From: Methanocaldococcus jannaschii DSM 2661
GTDB lineage: Archaea > AGJL01 > Methanococci > Methanococcales > Methanocaldococcaceae
Direction: 5' to 3'
NCBI RefSeq assembly: GCF_000091665.1
Contig: NC_000909.1
Coordinates: 1,279,460 to 1,311,459 of the forward strand
DNA: 32,000 bases
Under the pieces are notes generated by a model that was given only the letters and a program-made list of their open reading frames with translations, had not been told where the DNA came from and made no database searches. Below are positions 20,465 through 30,890 of this stretch, piece after piece. Position numbers and translations under genes: made by a program. The stretch's first letter is position 1. The number at the start of each line of letters is the position of its first letter.

Positions 20465-21553
20465 TTATTTCCAAGGTCTTGCTATAACAGGCATTCCAGC
20501 GTCAGGCATCCAAACTCTATCTAAGTCAGGGCAGATTCTTCTTATAGCAGATTCTTCACTTGAAATAAATATCATATCATCCTTTTCAGCTGCAATTAAT
20601 GGTCTTAACTTAATTCTATCTGTTAAACCAAACATTGTTGTGTCTTTCTCAATATCTCCATTCATAAAGATTAAACCTTGAGGAGTTCCAACTGCTATTG
20701 CGAAAGGACCATTTAGCATAGCTCCTCCATAAGCCAATCTTATTGCTGTATGTAACTCTCTCTCTTCCTCTGGCATCTTATCTATTTCATCCCAAAATCT
20801 TGGTGCTAAAGCAGATAAGGCATACTCAACAGGGATTTTGTGTTTTCTCATCAATAAATCTAATATATAGGCAACAACTTCAGTATCGGTTAATAATCTA
20901 CACTTATAACCAAACATTTCAACAAATCTTTTGTTTGTTCCATAGCTTGTTATCTCTCCATTATGCACTACACTCCAATTTAATAAATTGAATGGGTGAG
21001 CTCCTCCCCACCATGCTCTTGTGTTTGTTGGATATCTTGCATGTGCTAACCACATATAACCTTCATATTTATCTATTCTATAGAATTTAGCAACCTCATC
21101 AGGCCATCCTACTGCCTTAAAAACACCTAAATCCTTACCACTTGAAATGACAAAAGCTCCATCTATTTTGTCATTAATCTCCATAACTATATCTACGACA
21201 ACATCTTCCTCTCTATCAGCAAATTTTTCATCAACTTCATAAAAGTATCTCCAAGGAATTTGTGTTTTTTCTATAATGCCATCTTCTGTTGGTATTTCCT
21301 CATCTTTAACTATTGTCCCATACTGCTCTAAGACATTCTCAACCTCTACCTTTATTTTCTCAAACTTTGGTGTGTTGTCAATTAAAATGTGGAATGCATA
21401 GCAATCTTTATACTTTGTTGGATATATTCCATAACCTACATAACCAGAACCCTTCCCATTACCTCTCTCTTTTAGACTATCTAACGCTAACGCTATCTTA
21501 TCCCCTTTTATCATTCTTTTTTTTCTACTCATAAAACCGATAATACCACACAT
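20465..21553 (-). CDS. Glutamate synthase glutamine amidotransferase (Ntn, class II GATase) domain protein
   Basis: MCGIIGF start with catalytic Cys2 at 21553, GGAGGG RBS; [35 protein letters not shown]. Confidence 0.93.
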
Positions 21554-21730
21554 GAACAACCCTCCGTAGAGATATAAAAGAGATAGTTTTTTGGGTTTTC
21601 TAAATATTGGTTGAAGTTATATTTAAATAATTATGGTCTGAGACTTATGATTTGGAATATTACAATATATAAAATAATTTAATTTTAAAATAGAATAACT
21701 AAAATAAAATATTTAAACTAAAATTAAAAA

Positions 21731-22492
21731 TTAAATCTCTGGTGTTGGAGGTAAAGTTCTCTTATGCTCATTCTTTTTAATTAAATCAAACACATAGTTA
21801 ATAGTTTCCAATGGAATGTTTGTCTCTTTATGAATCTCCTCTGGAGTTTTGCCCTTCTCATAAAGCTTTAATATCGTATCTAAAGTTTCATACTTAATGT
21901 CAAGCTCCTCTTCATCTGTCTGTCCTTCCCAAAGCCCTGCTGATGGTGGTTTTTCAATAATTTCCTTTGGAACACCAATATATTTAGCAAGTTTTTTAAC
22001 CTCTGTTTTAAATAAATTGCCTATTGGTCTTATATCACAAGCAATGTCTCCATGTTTTGTTCCATATCCAACATAAATCTCAGATTTATTGGAAGTTCCA
22101 GCAACTAATAAATTATATTTATTTGCAAAGTAATAGAGGATGCACATCCTAATCCTTGCCTTTAAATTTCCATCCGCTATCTTATCAAACTCTCTCGTTG
22201 GGACATAACCTCCAGCACCAAATGCCTTTAAGATATCTGTTATATCTGAGATAATATACTTTATTCCTAAATTCTCAGCAACCATCTTTGCATGTTCAAC
22301 ATCTTTTGGATTTGTATTCTTCTCTGGCATTATTAAGCCGAGAACTTTATCTTTTCCAAGTGCCTTAACACATAAATAAGCTGTAACAGAAGAATCAATA
22401 CCCCCACTTAATCCAACAACAACTCCATTGGCATTGGCTTCTTCAACCTTCTCCCTGATAAATTTTGTAATCTTATTAACTATCTCTTCCAT
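21731..22492 (-). CDS. nadE: NAD+ synthetase
   Basis: GVVVGLSGGIDSSVTAYLCVKALG PP-loop; LVAGTSNKSEIYVGYGTKHGDIACDIRPIGNLFKTEV; RBS GGTGAG, start MEEIVNKI at 22492. Confidence 0.95.
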   Translation of the reverse strand: MEEIVNKITKFIREKVEEANANGVVVGLSGGIDSSVTAYLCVKALGKDKVLGLIMPEKNTNPKDVEHAKMVAENLGIKYIISDITDILKAFGAGGYVPTREFDKIADGNLKARIRMCILYYFANKYNLLVAGTSNKSEIYVGYGTKHGDIACDIRPIGNLFKTEVKKLAKYIGVPKEIIEKPPSAGLWEGQTDEEELDIKYETLDTILKLYEKGKTPEEIHKETNIPLETINYVFDLIKKNEHKRTLPPTPEI

Positions 22493-22549
22493 ACTCTCAC
22501 CCCATAACATTAGGAAATATGATTCCTATTATATAAACAATTCTATAAA

Positions 22550-24571
22550 TTAAATTCGTTCAATCTTTACAGCACACACCTTAAGCTCTGGAATTTTACA
22601 CAACTCATCTAACGCAGTATTGGTTAATACGTTAGGATTTGCCTCAACGAAGTGGAATGGCATAAATACAACTCCTTTTTTAATGTCTTCAGTTATTCTT
22701 GCTTTGGCAGTTATCTCTCCTCTCCTTGAAATCACCTTAACTAAATCACCATTCTCAATTTTTAATGATTTGGCATCATCTGGATTTATTTCAATAAATG
22801 GTTCATTAATCTCTTCAACTAAATTTTTGCATCGTCTTGTCATGGTTCCAGTATGGTAGTGGAATATTATTCTTCCAGTTGTTAGAATGAAAGGATAATC
22901 TTTATCTGGTAGTTCTGCAACTTCTCTATACTCAACTGGGAATATCTTTCCTCTACCGTTATCTGTTAAAAACTTATCTTTATGTAAGATTTTTGTTCCT
23001 GAATGATTTTCATCTAAACAAGGCCAATGAATGCCATCAATTTTTAATCTTTTGTAGGTTATGCCTCTATATTGAGGCGTAACTTTTCTAATCTCGTTAA
23101 ATATATCCTCTACCTTATTGTAGTTAAATTTATCTCCATAACCAAGTTTTTCAGCTAATTTTTTGATTATTATCCAATCCTCTAAAGCCTCTCCAGGTGG
23201 ATTTACAGCTTTTCTTATTAATTGAACTCTCCTTTCAGTGTTTGTAAAAGTTCCATCCTTCTCTGCCCAACATGCAGCTGGAAGAACAACATCTGCCAAT
23301 TTTGCAGTTTCAGTTAAGAATATATCTTGAACTACTAAAAAATCTAAGCTTTTTAATGCCTTTTCAACATGCTTAACATCCGGGTCTGATACTATTGGAT
23401 TTTCTCCCATTATGTATAGGAATTTAATATTTTTTCCAGATTCATCTATCATCTCTGGTATTGTTAAACCAGAATTTGGATTCAAGTCAGTTTTCCAATA
23501 CTCTTCAAATAATTTATAGCCATCTTCAACCTTTTGATACCCAGGAAATACATTTGGCAAAGCTCCCATATCACAAGCTCCTTGAACGTTATTCTGCCCC
23601 CTTAATGGATTAACCCCAGTTCCTTCTTTACCAATATTTCCGGTTATCATGGCTAAATTACACAATGCCTTGACAGCATCAACACCGTGTGTAAATTGTG
23701 TTACTCCCATGCAGTATATGATAGATGCCCTTTCAGCATTTCCATAAATTTTAGCACTCTCAATTATCAGTTCTTTATCAACTCCGCATATTTTTGATGC
23801 ATATTCTGGTGTATATTTTTTAATAATTTCTTTTAATTTCTCAAAGCCTTCTGTTCTATTTTTTATGAATTCTTTATCTATCAAATTTTCTTTTATAATT
23901 ACATTAATCATGGCGTTTATTAAGGCAACATTAGTTCCAGGAATTATTTGTAGATATATATCAGAGTTTTTTGCAGTTATTGTTCTTCTTGGGTCTATAA
24001 CTATTATTTTTGCTCCTTTATCTTTGGCTCTCATTATTCTTCTTGCGATTAATGGGTGTTGTTCAAAGGTGTTTGAGCCAATTATCAATATACAATCTGC
24101 TAATTCAATATCCTCTATGCTGTTTGTCATAGCACCGGACCCGAAGCATGCACTCATTCCAGTAACAGTTGCTGAATGTCACAACCTTGCACAATGGTCA
24201 ATATTGTTTGTCTTTAAAGCAACCCTTGCAAATTTTTGTAAAATGTAGTTATCTTCGTTAGTGCATCTTGCAGATGAAAAAAAGCCAATCTCATCCTTAT
24301 AGGTCTTTAAATTTTCTGCAATTACTTCTAAAGCTTTATTCCATGTAGTTTCAACAAAACCACTTTCTTTTTTTATCAATGGTTTTGTTAATCTATCCTT
24401 ACTGTGTATAAACTGATAGCAATAATTTCCTTTAGCACATAACTTTCCTTCATTTATTGGATGTCTTTTGTTAGGATGAATACCTATGACTCTGCCATCT
24501 TTAACTACCAACCCCAAACCACAACCTACTCCACAATAAGGGCAGATAGTATTTACAATCTTAAATTCCAT
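22550..24571 (-). CDS. fdhA: Formate dehydrogenase alpha subunit, selenocysteine-containing (in-frame UGA at 24179-24181)
   Basis: The two ORFs (24179..24610 and 22550..24157) join across TGA as [43 protein letters not shown] Fe-S motif; molybdopterin oxidoreductase domains. Start MEFKIVN at 24571 after GGTGA RBS. Confidence 0.95.
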
Positions 24572-24626
24572 GGTTTCACCTAATTCTTTTAAATTTTTAT
24601 TTTTGTGCATGCTTCGGGTCTTTTTT

Positions 24627-24673
24627 CGCCACCTGCTCCCTTGTATTATTTATATTGGGTTCGCAGGGTGGCG
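24627..24673 (-). promoter_or_regulatory. Archaeal SECIS element in 5' UTR of fdhA
   Basis: Transcript strand: CGCCACCcUGC-GAA-CCC-AAUAUAAAUAAUACAA-GGG-A-GCAGGUGGCG. GC-rich stem, GAA/A internal loop, 3-bp CCC/GGG stem and apical loop. Confidence 0.93.
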
Positions 24674-24873
24674 GGTGCTATATCAGTTTAAAAACTGTAA
24701 ATTTTTATCCTATTTTTTAATTTTTATGTTTATAAATTTCTAAACATATTTAAATTAATTGATTATAGAAAAGTTTTTATAGAACTTCATAGACATAAAA
24801 AAGTGAGAACTTTAATTAGTAAAAAATGAATATAAATTAGCAATATTAGAACAAAATATGATAGGGGAAAATA

Positions 24874-25311
24874 ATGGATGTAGGAATAATACTTGGAATT
24901 CTCTCAGCCATGGGTTTTTTAGTATTTTTAGGGATTGGAGGCCATATTCTTATAGGATATGAAATAATAAGAAAGATTAGCAAAGCCTATGAAAAAGGGG
25001 AAGATGTGAAAGAACTTGAAAATAAAATAATAAATAAAAGTCATTTAACAAATACCTTAGAGAAAATAACAACATTCACACTAACTTCTATATTTCTCTT
25101 TGAGATGGAAAAATACAGGTATGTAATTGATGTTGGATATTCAATTTTGTTCTTAGTAACTTTAACGTTATATTTGGTGCCAAATCTTAGCCTGCTTGTA
25201 TGGGTTACATTCTTTGGAGCAACAGTTTTTATGATAATGTTGTGGATTCTTAGATTTAGAGCAATAAAAGAATTCAATAAAGCATTTATTGAAGAACTTA
25301 CAACACAATAA
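24874..25311 (+). CDS. Hypothetical membrane protein (about 3 TM segments)
   Basis: Hydrophobic segments near the N-terminus and centre; GGGGAAA RBS. Confidence 0.65.
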   Translation: MDVGIILGILSAMGFLVFLGIGGHILIGYEIIRKISKAYEKGEDVKELENKIINKSHLTNTLEKITTFTLTSIFLFEMEKYRYVIDVGYSILFLVTLTLYLVPNLSLLVWVTFFGATVFMIMLWILRFRAIKEFNKAFIEELTTQ

Positions 25312-25354
25312 AAATAAATACAAAAATAATAATAAATAGTGATGAGGTGATATC

Positions 25355-27070
25355 GTGTTCCTAAAAAAGAGACACTTGGAAATATTAAAAAAGATGAAAG
25401 AGACAGAAATGCAGAACGAGATAGAAAAAGCTCTACCAGAAGAGTTTAAAACAAGAGCTTTAGAGCTGTTTATATTAGGATTTGCTGAATTAAAAGGAGA
25501 TAAGATAATATTCACTGAAGCTGGTAAAAAATTGATGGAGATTGTTGATAAAATTGATTTAGAAAAGATTCCAGATATATTTGTAGATTCTGAGATTATT
25601 AAAATTATGGAATTGTTGGAGGAAACTGGAAATGTTCCAGAGGACTGGATGTTAATGTTAAAAGAGAGATTCTTAGCAGATGAAAATGGTTTAACAGAGA
25701 TTGGAAAAGAGATTTTAAAGATATATAGAGAGACACATCCAGTTGTTTATCTAACTCCTGAATTATTGGCATTTATAAAAGATATGCCAAAGATTGGAGT
25801 TTATGATGAGCTAATAACTTACAAAAACACTAAAGAATATGGAGATAACATAATTAATGCACTCCAAGCTATGAGATTGCTTTTAATTTCACCAAAAACA
25901 GAAAGTGGAAAGGCATTTTCTACAACAAAGGCATTGAACTATGTTTTAAAAGTAGCTTCATTAGTTCCAAACTTAAGTAGGGCTTTAATATTGAGAAAAG
26001 AGGACTTTGAAATTTTGGAGAGAGGAGAAACTACTGAAGAGATGACAGAAAGCGGTTTCTATGCTGAAGGAAAAGTTACTGAATTAGGACAAGCAATGAT
26101 GGACACTTATAAAGAGATGGGTAAGGTTGAGGAGAAAACCCTCCCAATCTATGTCTTAGAGGATGAGATTAAGGTTTTAAAGGCAATTGAAGAAATAAAG
26201 GAAAAGTATGAAACAAACCCTGAAATTATACCAACTTACGATGAAATTAAAAAGAGAACAAATATTGATGACTTAGGGGCTGTATTACACACCTTAGAAT
26301 CAAAAGAGTTAATAAAGAGAGAAGTTGTTAAAAATAAAGACACATATTGGATGACAGAGTTTGGAGAGAAGGTTAAAGATTTAGGAGAGGTATCAACAGA
26401 TGGAATGAAAGCTATAACCTATCCAGAAAGTGGAGATGTGCCAATTGCTGAATGGGTAATTAAAGGTAAAGAAGAAGGAACTGTAAAAAGAGGAATAACA
26501 GAAAAAGGAAAATACTTAATAAAATTATCAAAAACAATTAAAAGAAAGCCATACTTAACAAAATATGATATCTCAACTCTAATTAAGATTCCAAGAAAGA
26601 GATATATCCACAGAGATGAATTAGTTAAGTTAATCCAAGGTCATGTTGGTGGAGATGAGAAAGAAATCATTAAATCTTTAGGTGAGGCAGAATCCAAAGG
26701 ATTCATTAAAGAGTTGCAAAACAAGATGATTAAATTAACAGAATTAGGGGAAGAGGTTAAAACAGCTATAGAAATGGCGAAAATCCAAGAATTGTTGGCA
26801 ACAAAGTTTGCTGTAACTCCAACAACATTCAACATATTAAAAACCATCTATGACCATAAAGAAGAGTTTGATAAAGTTTGGAAAGAGAAGAGTGAGGGTA
26901 AAGAACATAAAGAAAATGAAATTGTATTGTTAGCTAAGTATCTATCTTTAACCCCAGAGGAGATTAAAAAGAACTTGGTTATATTAAAGAATGTTGGATT
27001 CATAGGGAAGAAGGGATTAACAGACGCTGGAGTTAAATTGGTAGAAGCTTATCTAAACTTCTACCAATAA
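25355..27070 (+). CDS. DUF505-like protein with repeated winged-helix-like segments
   Basis: 571 aa, GTG start after GAGGTGAT RBS; repeated EDWMLMLKERFLADENGLTEIGKEIL-like 'LTE.G' units. Confidence 0.7.
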   Translation: MFLKKRHLEILKKMKETEMQNEIEKALPEEFKTRALELFILGFAELKGDKIIFTEAGKKLMEIVDKIDLEKIPDIFVDSEIIKIMELLEETGNVPEDWMLMLKERFLADENGLTEIGKEILKIYRETHPVVYLTPELLAFIKDMPKIGVYDELITYKNTKEYGDNIINALQAMRLLLISPKTESGKAFSTTKALNYVLKVASLVPNLSRALILRKEDFEILERGETTEEMTESGFYAEGKVTELGQAMMDTYKEMGKVEEKTLPIYVLEDEIKVLKAIEEIKEKYETNPEIIPTYDEIKKRTNIDDLGAVLHTLESKELIKREVVKNKDTYWMTEFGEKVKDLGEVSTDGMKAITYPESGDVPIAEWVIKGKEEGTVKRGITEKGKYLIKLSKTIKRKPYLTKYDISTLIKIPRKRYIHRDELVKLIQGHVGGDEKEIIKSLGEAESKGFIKELQNKMIKLTELGEEVKTAIEMAKIQELLATKFAVTPTTFNILKTIYDHKEEFDKVWKEKSEGKEHKENEIVLLAKYLSLTPEEIKKNLVILKNVGFIGKKGLTDAGVKLVEAYLNFYQ

Positions 27071-27264
27071 CCAATAAGTATTTATACCATTTCTAAATCA
27101 TATTTTTAGTAGATGCAGTTAAATAGAAACTTATTATTCTTAATTTTTTATTTAAAAAACTCCAGACTAAACTAAATAAGTAATAATATTAAACAATAAA
27201 ATAACACTATATTTGTATATACCCATAATTCAAATTAAAAATTAACATAGAGGAGGGGGTAGTA

Positions 27265-27834
27265 ATGAACGTAACATTCGATGGAATATACAACGAAATT
27301 ATTGAAAATATGCATCACTTTGCATCTGAAGAGAAGGATTTTTCTAAATTGACACAATATAAGGACTTAATTAGTAAGACAATAGACGAAGTGGTTGAAG
27401 AGGTATTTAATGATATCTTCTCATATGAAAAAACAAAGACATTATTTGATGAGAGTAAAAGAAAGGAACTTGAGGAAGATTTTAAAAATTGGATAAAGGG
27501 TTTATTTGAAATATCCAATGATAGTGATTTAAATGAATTTTATAAAGAAATTGTAAAAAGAGGAATTAAATACGTAGAGAAAGATTTCCTACCAGAGTAT
27601 TTAACTGCAATAATTATTAAAATTGAAGACAGATTGAAAAATAAATTAAAAGAGGAATTAAAAGAAGATGCCCAGGAGATTGTTGATATTTTAGACGATT
27701 TATTGAAGAGGGTTATATTGTTAAATGTTGCTGCATACATGAACTTTGAGAGCAAGGTTTTAGATTATATTGGGATAAACCAAAACCTAAAAAAGAATGC
27801 CGTTAAATTGGGAATAAAAAAGATGGGATTATAA
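27265..27834 (+). CDS. Hypothetical protein (189 aa, helical)
   Basis: Complete ORF with GGAGGGGGT RBS. Confidence 0.65.
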   Translation: MNVTFDGIYNEIIENMHHFASEEKDFSKLTQYKDLISKTIDEVVEEVFNDIFSYEKTKTLFDESKRKELEEDFKNWIKGLFEISNDSDLNEFYKEIVKRGIKYVEKDFLPEYLTAIIIKIEDRLKNKLKEELKEDAQEIVDILDDLLKRVILLNVAAYMNFESKVLDYIGINQNLKKNAVKLGIKKMGL

Positions 27835-28860
27835 CTTTTTCTTTTTCTTTTTAACAAGATTTTCCAAATATTTTAAGTTTTCTTCAGTTCCAAATGCATA
27901 TATTACATCACCAGGTTTTAGAATAAACTCTGGATAAGGATTTATACAAAACTCCTTTTCTCTTCGAATACCTAAGATTGTAGCCCCAGTTTTTCCTCTA
28001 ATATTCGCATCTTTTAAACTTTTATATGCTAATTCAGAATCTTTTTCAATGACAAACTTTCTCAACTCAATATCTTCCTCATATTCATCTTTAGCTATCT
28101 TAATAAATGTGCTCAAAAAGTCCAAAATCCCTGGTCTAACAGAGACCTCAGCCATTCTTAATCCGCCAATTAAATACGGAGACACTACTCTATTAGCCCC
28201 AGCTATTTTTAATTTTCTTATGGCTTCCTTCTCATCTGCTTTAGCAGTAATTAAAATGTTTGGATTTAATTCTCTTGCTGTTAAGGTTAAAAACACATTA
28301 TCTGCATCAGAAGGAAGAGTAGCAATTAATCCCTTTGCCTTATCAATTTTTGCTTTTTTCAATACTTCCTCCTTTTTAGCATCCCCCACAATGTATAAAA
28401 ACTTATCTGGGTATTTTTCATACTCTTCCTTTAGGACATCTTCATTAATATCTATAGCAATAAATGGGATATTCTCTTCAATAAACTTCTCCCCCACAAC
28501 CTTCCCTAATCTTCCATATCCACAGATAATATAATGGTCTTTTAAAGTTTTAATCTTATTTTTCATCTTTTTCAACCTCACAAACTCTTCAAACTTCCCC
28601 TCAACAATGAACTCCGCTATTAAGCTGAAGAGATACATCACTATTCCCACACCAACACATAGGTAAACTACAGTTAATGTCCTCCCCAAAAATGTTTTTG
28701 GAGTAAAATCTCCATAACCTGTGGTTGTTATTGTAATAACACTGAAATATAGAGCTGTGAAATAATCAACCCCCTCAATTATGCTTATTAAATAGGCATA
28801 AGTTAAAATTAATGTTATTGAGAGAACTGCAACAATAACTAACTTCTTTGACGTCTCCAT
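27829..28860 (-). CDS. RCK/TrkA-N-domain potassium channel (MthK-like architecture)
   Basis: Two TM segments around the pore ALYFSVITITTTGYGDFTPKTFLGR; Rossmann GYGRLGKVVGEKF; C-terminal TrkA-C. Confidence 0.93.
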   Translation of the reverse strand: METSKKLVIVAVLSITLILTYAYLISIIEGVDYFTALYFSVITITTTGYGDFTPKTFLGRTLTVVYLCVGVGIVMYLFSLIAEFIVEGKFEEFVRLKKMKNKIKTLKDHYIICGYGRLGKVVGEKFIEENIPFIAIDINEDVLKEEYEKYPDKFLYIVGDAKKEEVLKKAKIDKAKGLIATLPSDADNVFLTLTARELNPNILITAKADEKEAIRKLKIAGANRVVSPYLIGGLRMAEVSVRPGILDFLSTFIKIAKDEYEEDIELRKFVIEKDSELAYKSLKDANIRGKTGATILGIRREKEFCINPYPEFILKPGDVIYAFGTEENLKYLENLVKKKKKKL

Positions 28861-28899
28861 GGTTTCACATGATAATCTTTTAATTATTAATTTTTGGTT

Positions 28900-29043
28900 T
28901 TAAGGATTAAAAAAGATGGTTCTACTACTCCTTAGCCAAATACTTTTTATCAAACTTAAAAGCCCAAATATAGAACATAATAGTAATAGCAAAAATAAAT
29001 ACTGCTAATCCAATAAAGCCGATGTAAAAGTTGTTTATCTCCA
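28900..29043 (-). CDS. Small single-TM protein (about 47 aa, MEINNFYIGFIGLAVFILLLLLCSIFGLLSLIKSIWLRSS...); coordinates plus or minus 1-2 nt
   Basis: Strong GGGGGG(CTGG) RBS upstream of ATG, one hydrophobic helix, basic C-flank. Below the ORF-track length cutoff. Confidence 0.45.
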
Positions 29044-29180
29044 TAACTACCAGCCCCCCTATTTTGCCATATTTTATAGATAACAACTAATAGGATATAA
29101 CCTTTTTGCTGTATTTACAAAACCTAATGGTTGTTAGTTGGATAAAAAGCTTCATGATGTTCTACAACTGGATGAAATCG

Positions 29181-29639
29181 CTAACTTGACAACTCCATTT
29201 CATAAAAATACTTGCAATTAAAAAAAACAACAACTGGGATAAAAAACACTAAAGCAACTGTTATTGGAGAGGCAATATTATGCTCATCCACATATTCGAT
29301 AATTTTTAAAAGTTCAAGAAATATGGCTATTGCAGACATATTTCCCATGAATTTCTTTTCATAATTTGATAATGGGACTCTTTTAAGGAATAAGAATCTT
29401 AATAATAAATATATCAATATAATAAATATCCAGACTGATGCAATTGGATGAATTATCTCAATCAAAAAACTAAAATTTTTCATAATCAACCAATTTATGA
29501 GAAAGGCAAGAATCACACTTAAAATACTAAAAATCATTTTTAGTCTATTCTCTTTAAATCTTGGAAAATAATCCATCAATTTTAATCCAGTAAGCTTTAT
29601 GAATATCAAATAAAATCCAAAAGCAAACACTACTCCCAA
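29181..29639 (-). CDS. Hypothetical integral membrane protein
   Basis: 152 aa with multiple hydrophobic segments. Confidence 0.6.
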   Translation of the reverse strand: MGVVFAFGFYLIFIKLTGLKLMDYFPRFKENRLKMIFSILSVILAFLINWLIMKNFSFLIEIIHPIASVWIFIILIYLLLRFLFLKRVPLSNYEKKFMGNMSAIAIFLELLKIIEYVDEHNIASPITVALVFFIPVVVFFNCKYFYEMELSS

Positions 29640-29696
29640 AAATAATAAAATTAAGATAAAATTAAGATAAATGACTCCATCCTCTCCCTTAAAATT

Positions 29697-30425
29697 TTAT
29701 CTAAGCTTCAATACCTTATCTGGATATACAATTATTCCCTCATTGGTTATGTCAAATGGATGCCTCTTTAATGAATGGCTTGTTCCCCTCATCTTCCATA
29801 CGATTAAACTCCTCTTCAACTCTCCATCAATTTCATCCAAATCTAATCTTATAATCCCATCAACTGCATGCTCAACTCCTGGTCCTCCAAATCCTCTTTC
29901 TCCAACGGATATTTGAGAAGTGAAGATAGCAGTACATCCTAAACCAGAGATGACTCTTTTTAATAAAAAGACAGTTCTTCTTGCCAGCATTGGCTTGTTT
30001 ATGTATAGGGTAGTGACTGAATCAATTCCTATCCTCTTAGCTCCAATATCATTTATAGCAGTTTTTAAAACGTCTATTAACTCTCTCTCATCATTTGGGT
30101 CATTTACAACGTATTTTTCTCTTTTTGCAGCACTTCCTATTCCGTATGTAAAGGCATCGATTATAGCAAATTTTCCCTCTTCCTCTAACTTTCTAATATC
30201 CCATCCAAACTGTCTCATATTCTCTCTAATTTGAACAGGATGTTCCTCCAAAGCTACTAAAATACTTGGTTCATTGTAATCAACAACCCCCTTGTATAAA
30301 AATTGCTGACAGAATATGGATTTTCCAGTTCCAGGCCCTCCAGATAATAGAACAACATTCCTTTCAGGTATTCCACCGTGTAAGATTTCATCCATCCCAG
30401 GAATTCCAGTTTTTACTCTTTTCAT
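29697..30425 (-). CDS. Single-domain KaiC/RadA-like ATPase
   Basis: [41 protein letters not shown] (Walker A); [11 protein letters not shown] (Walker B); GGTGA-type RBS. Confidence 0.92.
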   Translation of the reverse strand: MKRVKTGIPGMDEILHGGIPERNVVLLSGGPGTGKSIFCQQFLYKGVVDYNEPSILVALEEHPVQIRENMRQFGWDIRKLEEEGKFAIIDAFTYGIGSAAKREKYVVNDPNDERELIDVLKTAINDIGAKRIGIDSVTTLYINKPMLARRTVFLLKRVISGLGCTAIFTSQISVGERGFGGPGVEHAVDGIIRLDLDEIDGELKRSLIVWKMRGTSHSLKRHPFDITNEGIIVYPDKVLKLR

Positions 30426-30485
30426 GTTTTCACCTTTAGTAGTTATTGTTTTTAATTATTTTTAATTATTAATTAAGTAAGGAAG

Positions 30486-30773
30486 CTAATCTCTCTCACT
30501 AAATGACTTCATTTCCAATTTCTTTTCAGGGATGTCATCTAAGAACATTAATGAACCCTGTACCTCTACAGCACATATCTTTGATGGGTCAATAATGGTA
30601 AATGACTTATTATCCATATTCCAAATTATTATTGGGTCTTTTTTTCCAGTCCATAGGTATTTTAATATGCCATTTTTTAAGTGTGTAACTGCGTCAAAAT
30701 CATATTCACCTTCTATTGCATTACCTTCGAAATAGATTTTTACATACAATTTGTCTATTTTCCTTCTTGGCAT
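30486..30773 (-). CDS. Hypothetical protein immediately upstream of KaiC-like gene
   Basis: 95-99 aa ORF; likely start MPRRKIDKLYVKIYFEG; same strand, 60-nt gap to the KaiC-like gene. Confidence 0.65.
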   Translation of the reverse strand: MPRRKIDKLYVKIYFEGNAIEGEYDFDAVTHLKNGILKYLWTGKKDPIIIWNMDNKSFTIIDPSKICAVEVQGSLMFLDDIPEKKLEMKSFSERD

Positions 30774-30890
30774 ACTCCCCCACATAATTAAATTTGATTT
30801 TATCTAACAAAATAATAATTTATTAATTAGCCATATTTATAAATATCCTATTCAATATTGCTACGGTGATACACTTTAACATGTGAGAAT

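Noticed and set aside
17229-20991. Plus-strand ORFs opposite the frhB-like, gltB and amidotransferase genes
   Set aside because: Shadow ORFs with unusual composition; the minus-strand genes are clearly identified.
22550-24610. fdhA as two separate genes or a nonsense pseudogene
   Set aside because: The TGA falls at the FdhA selenocysteine position and a canonical SECIS lies upstream, so it is one selenoprotein gene.
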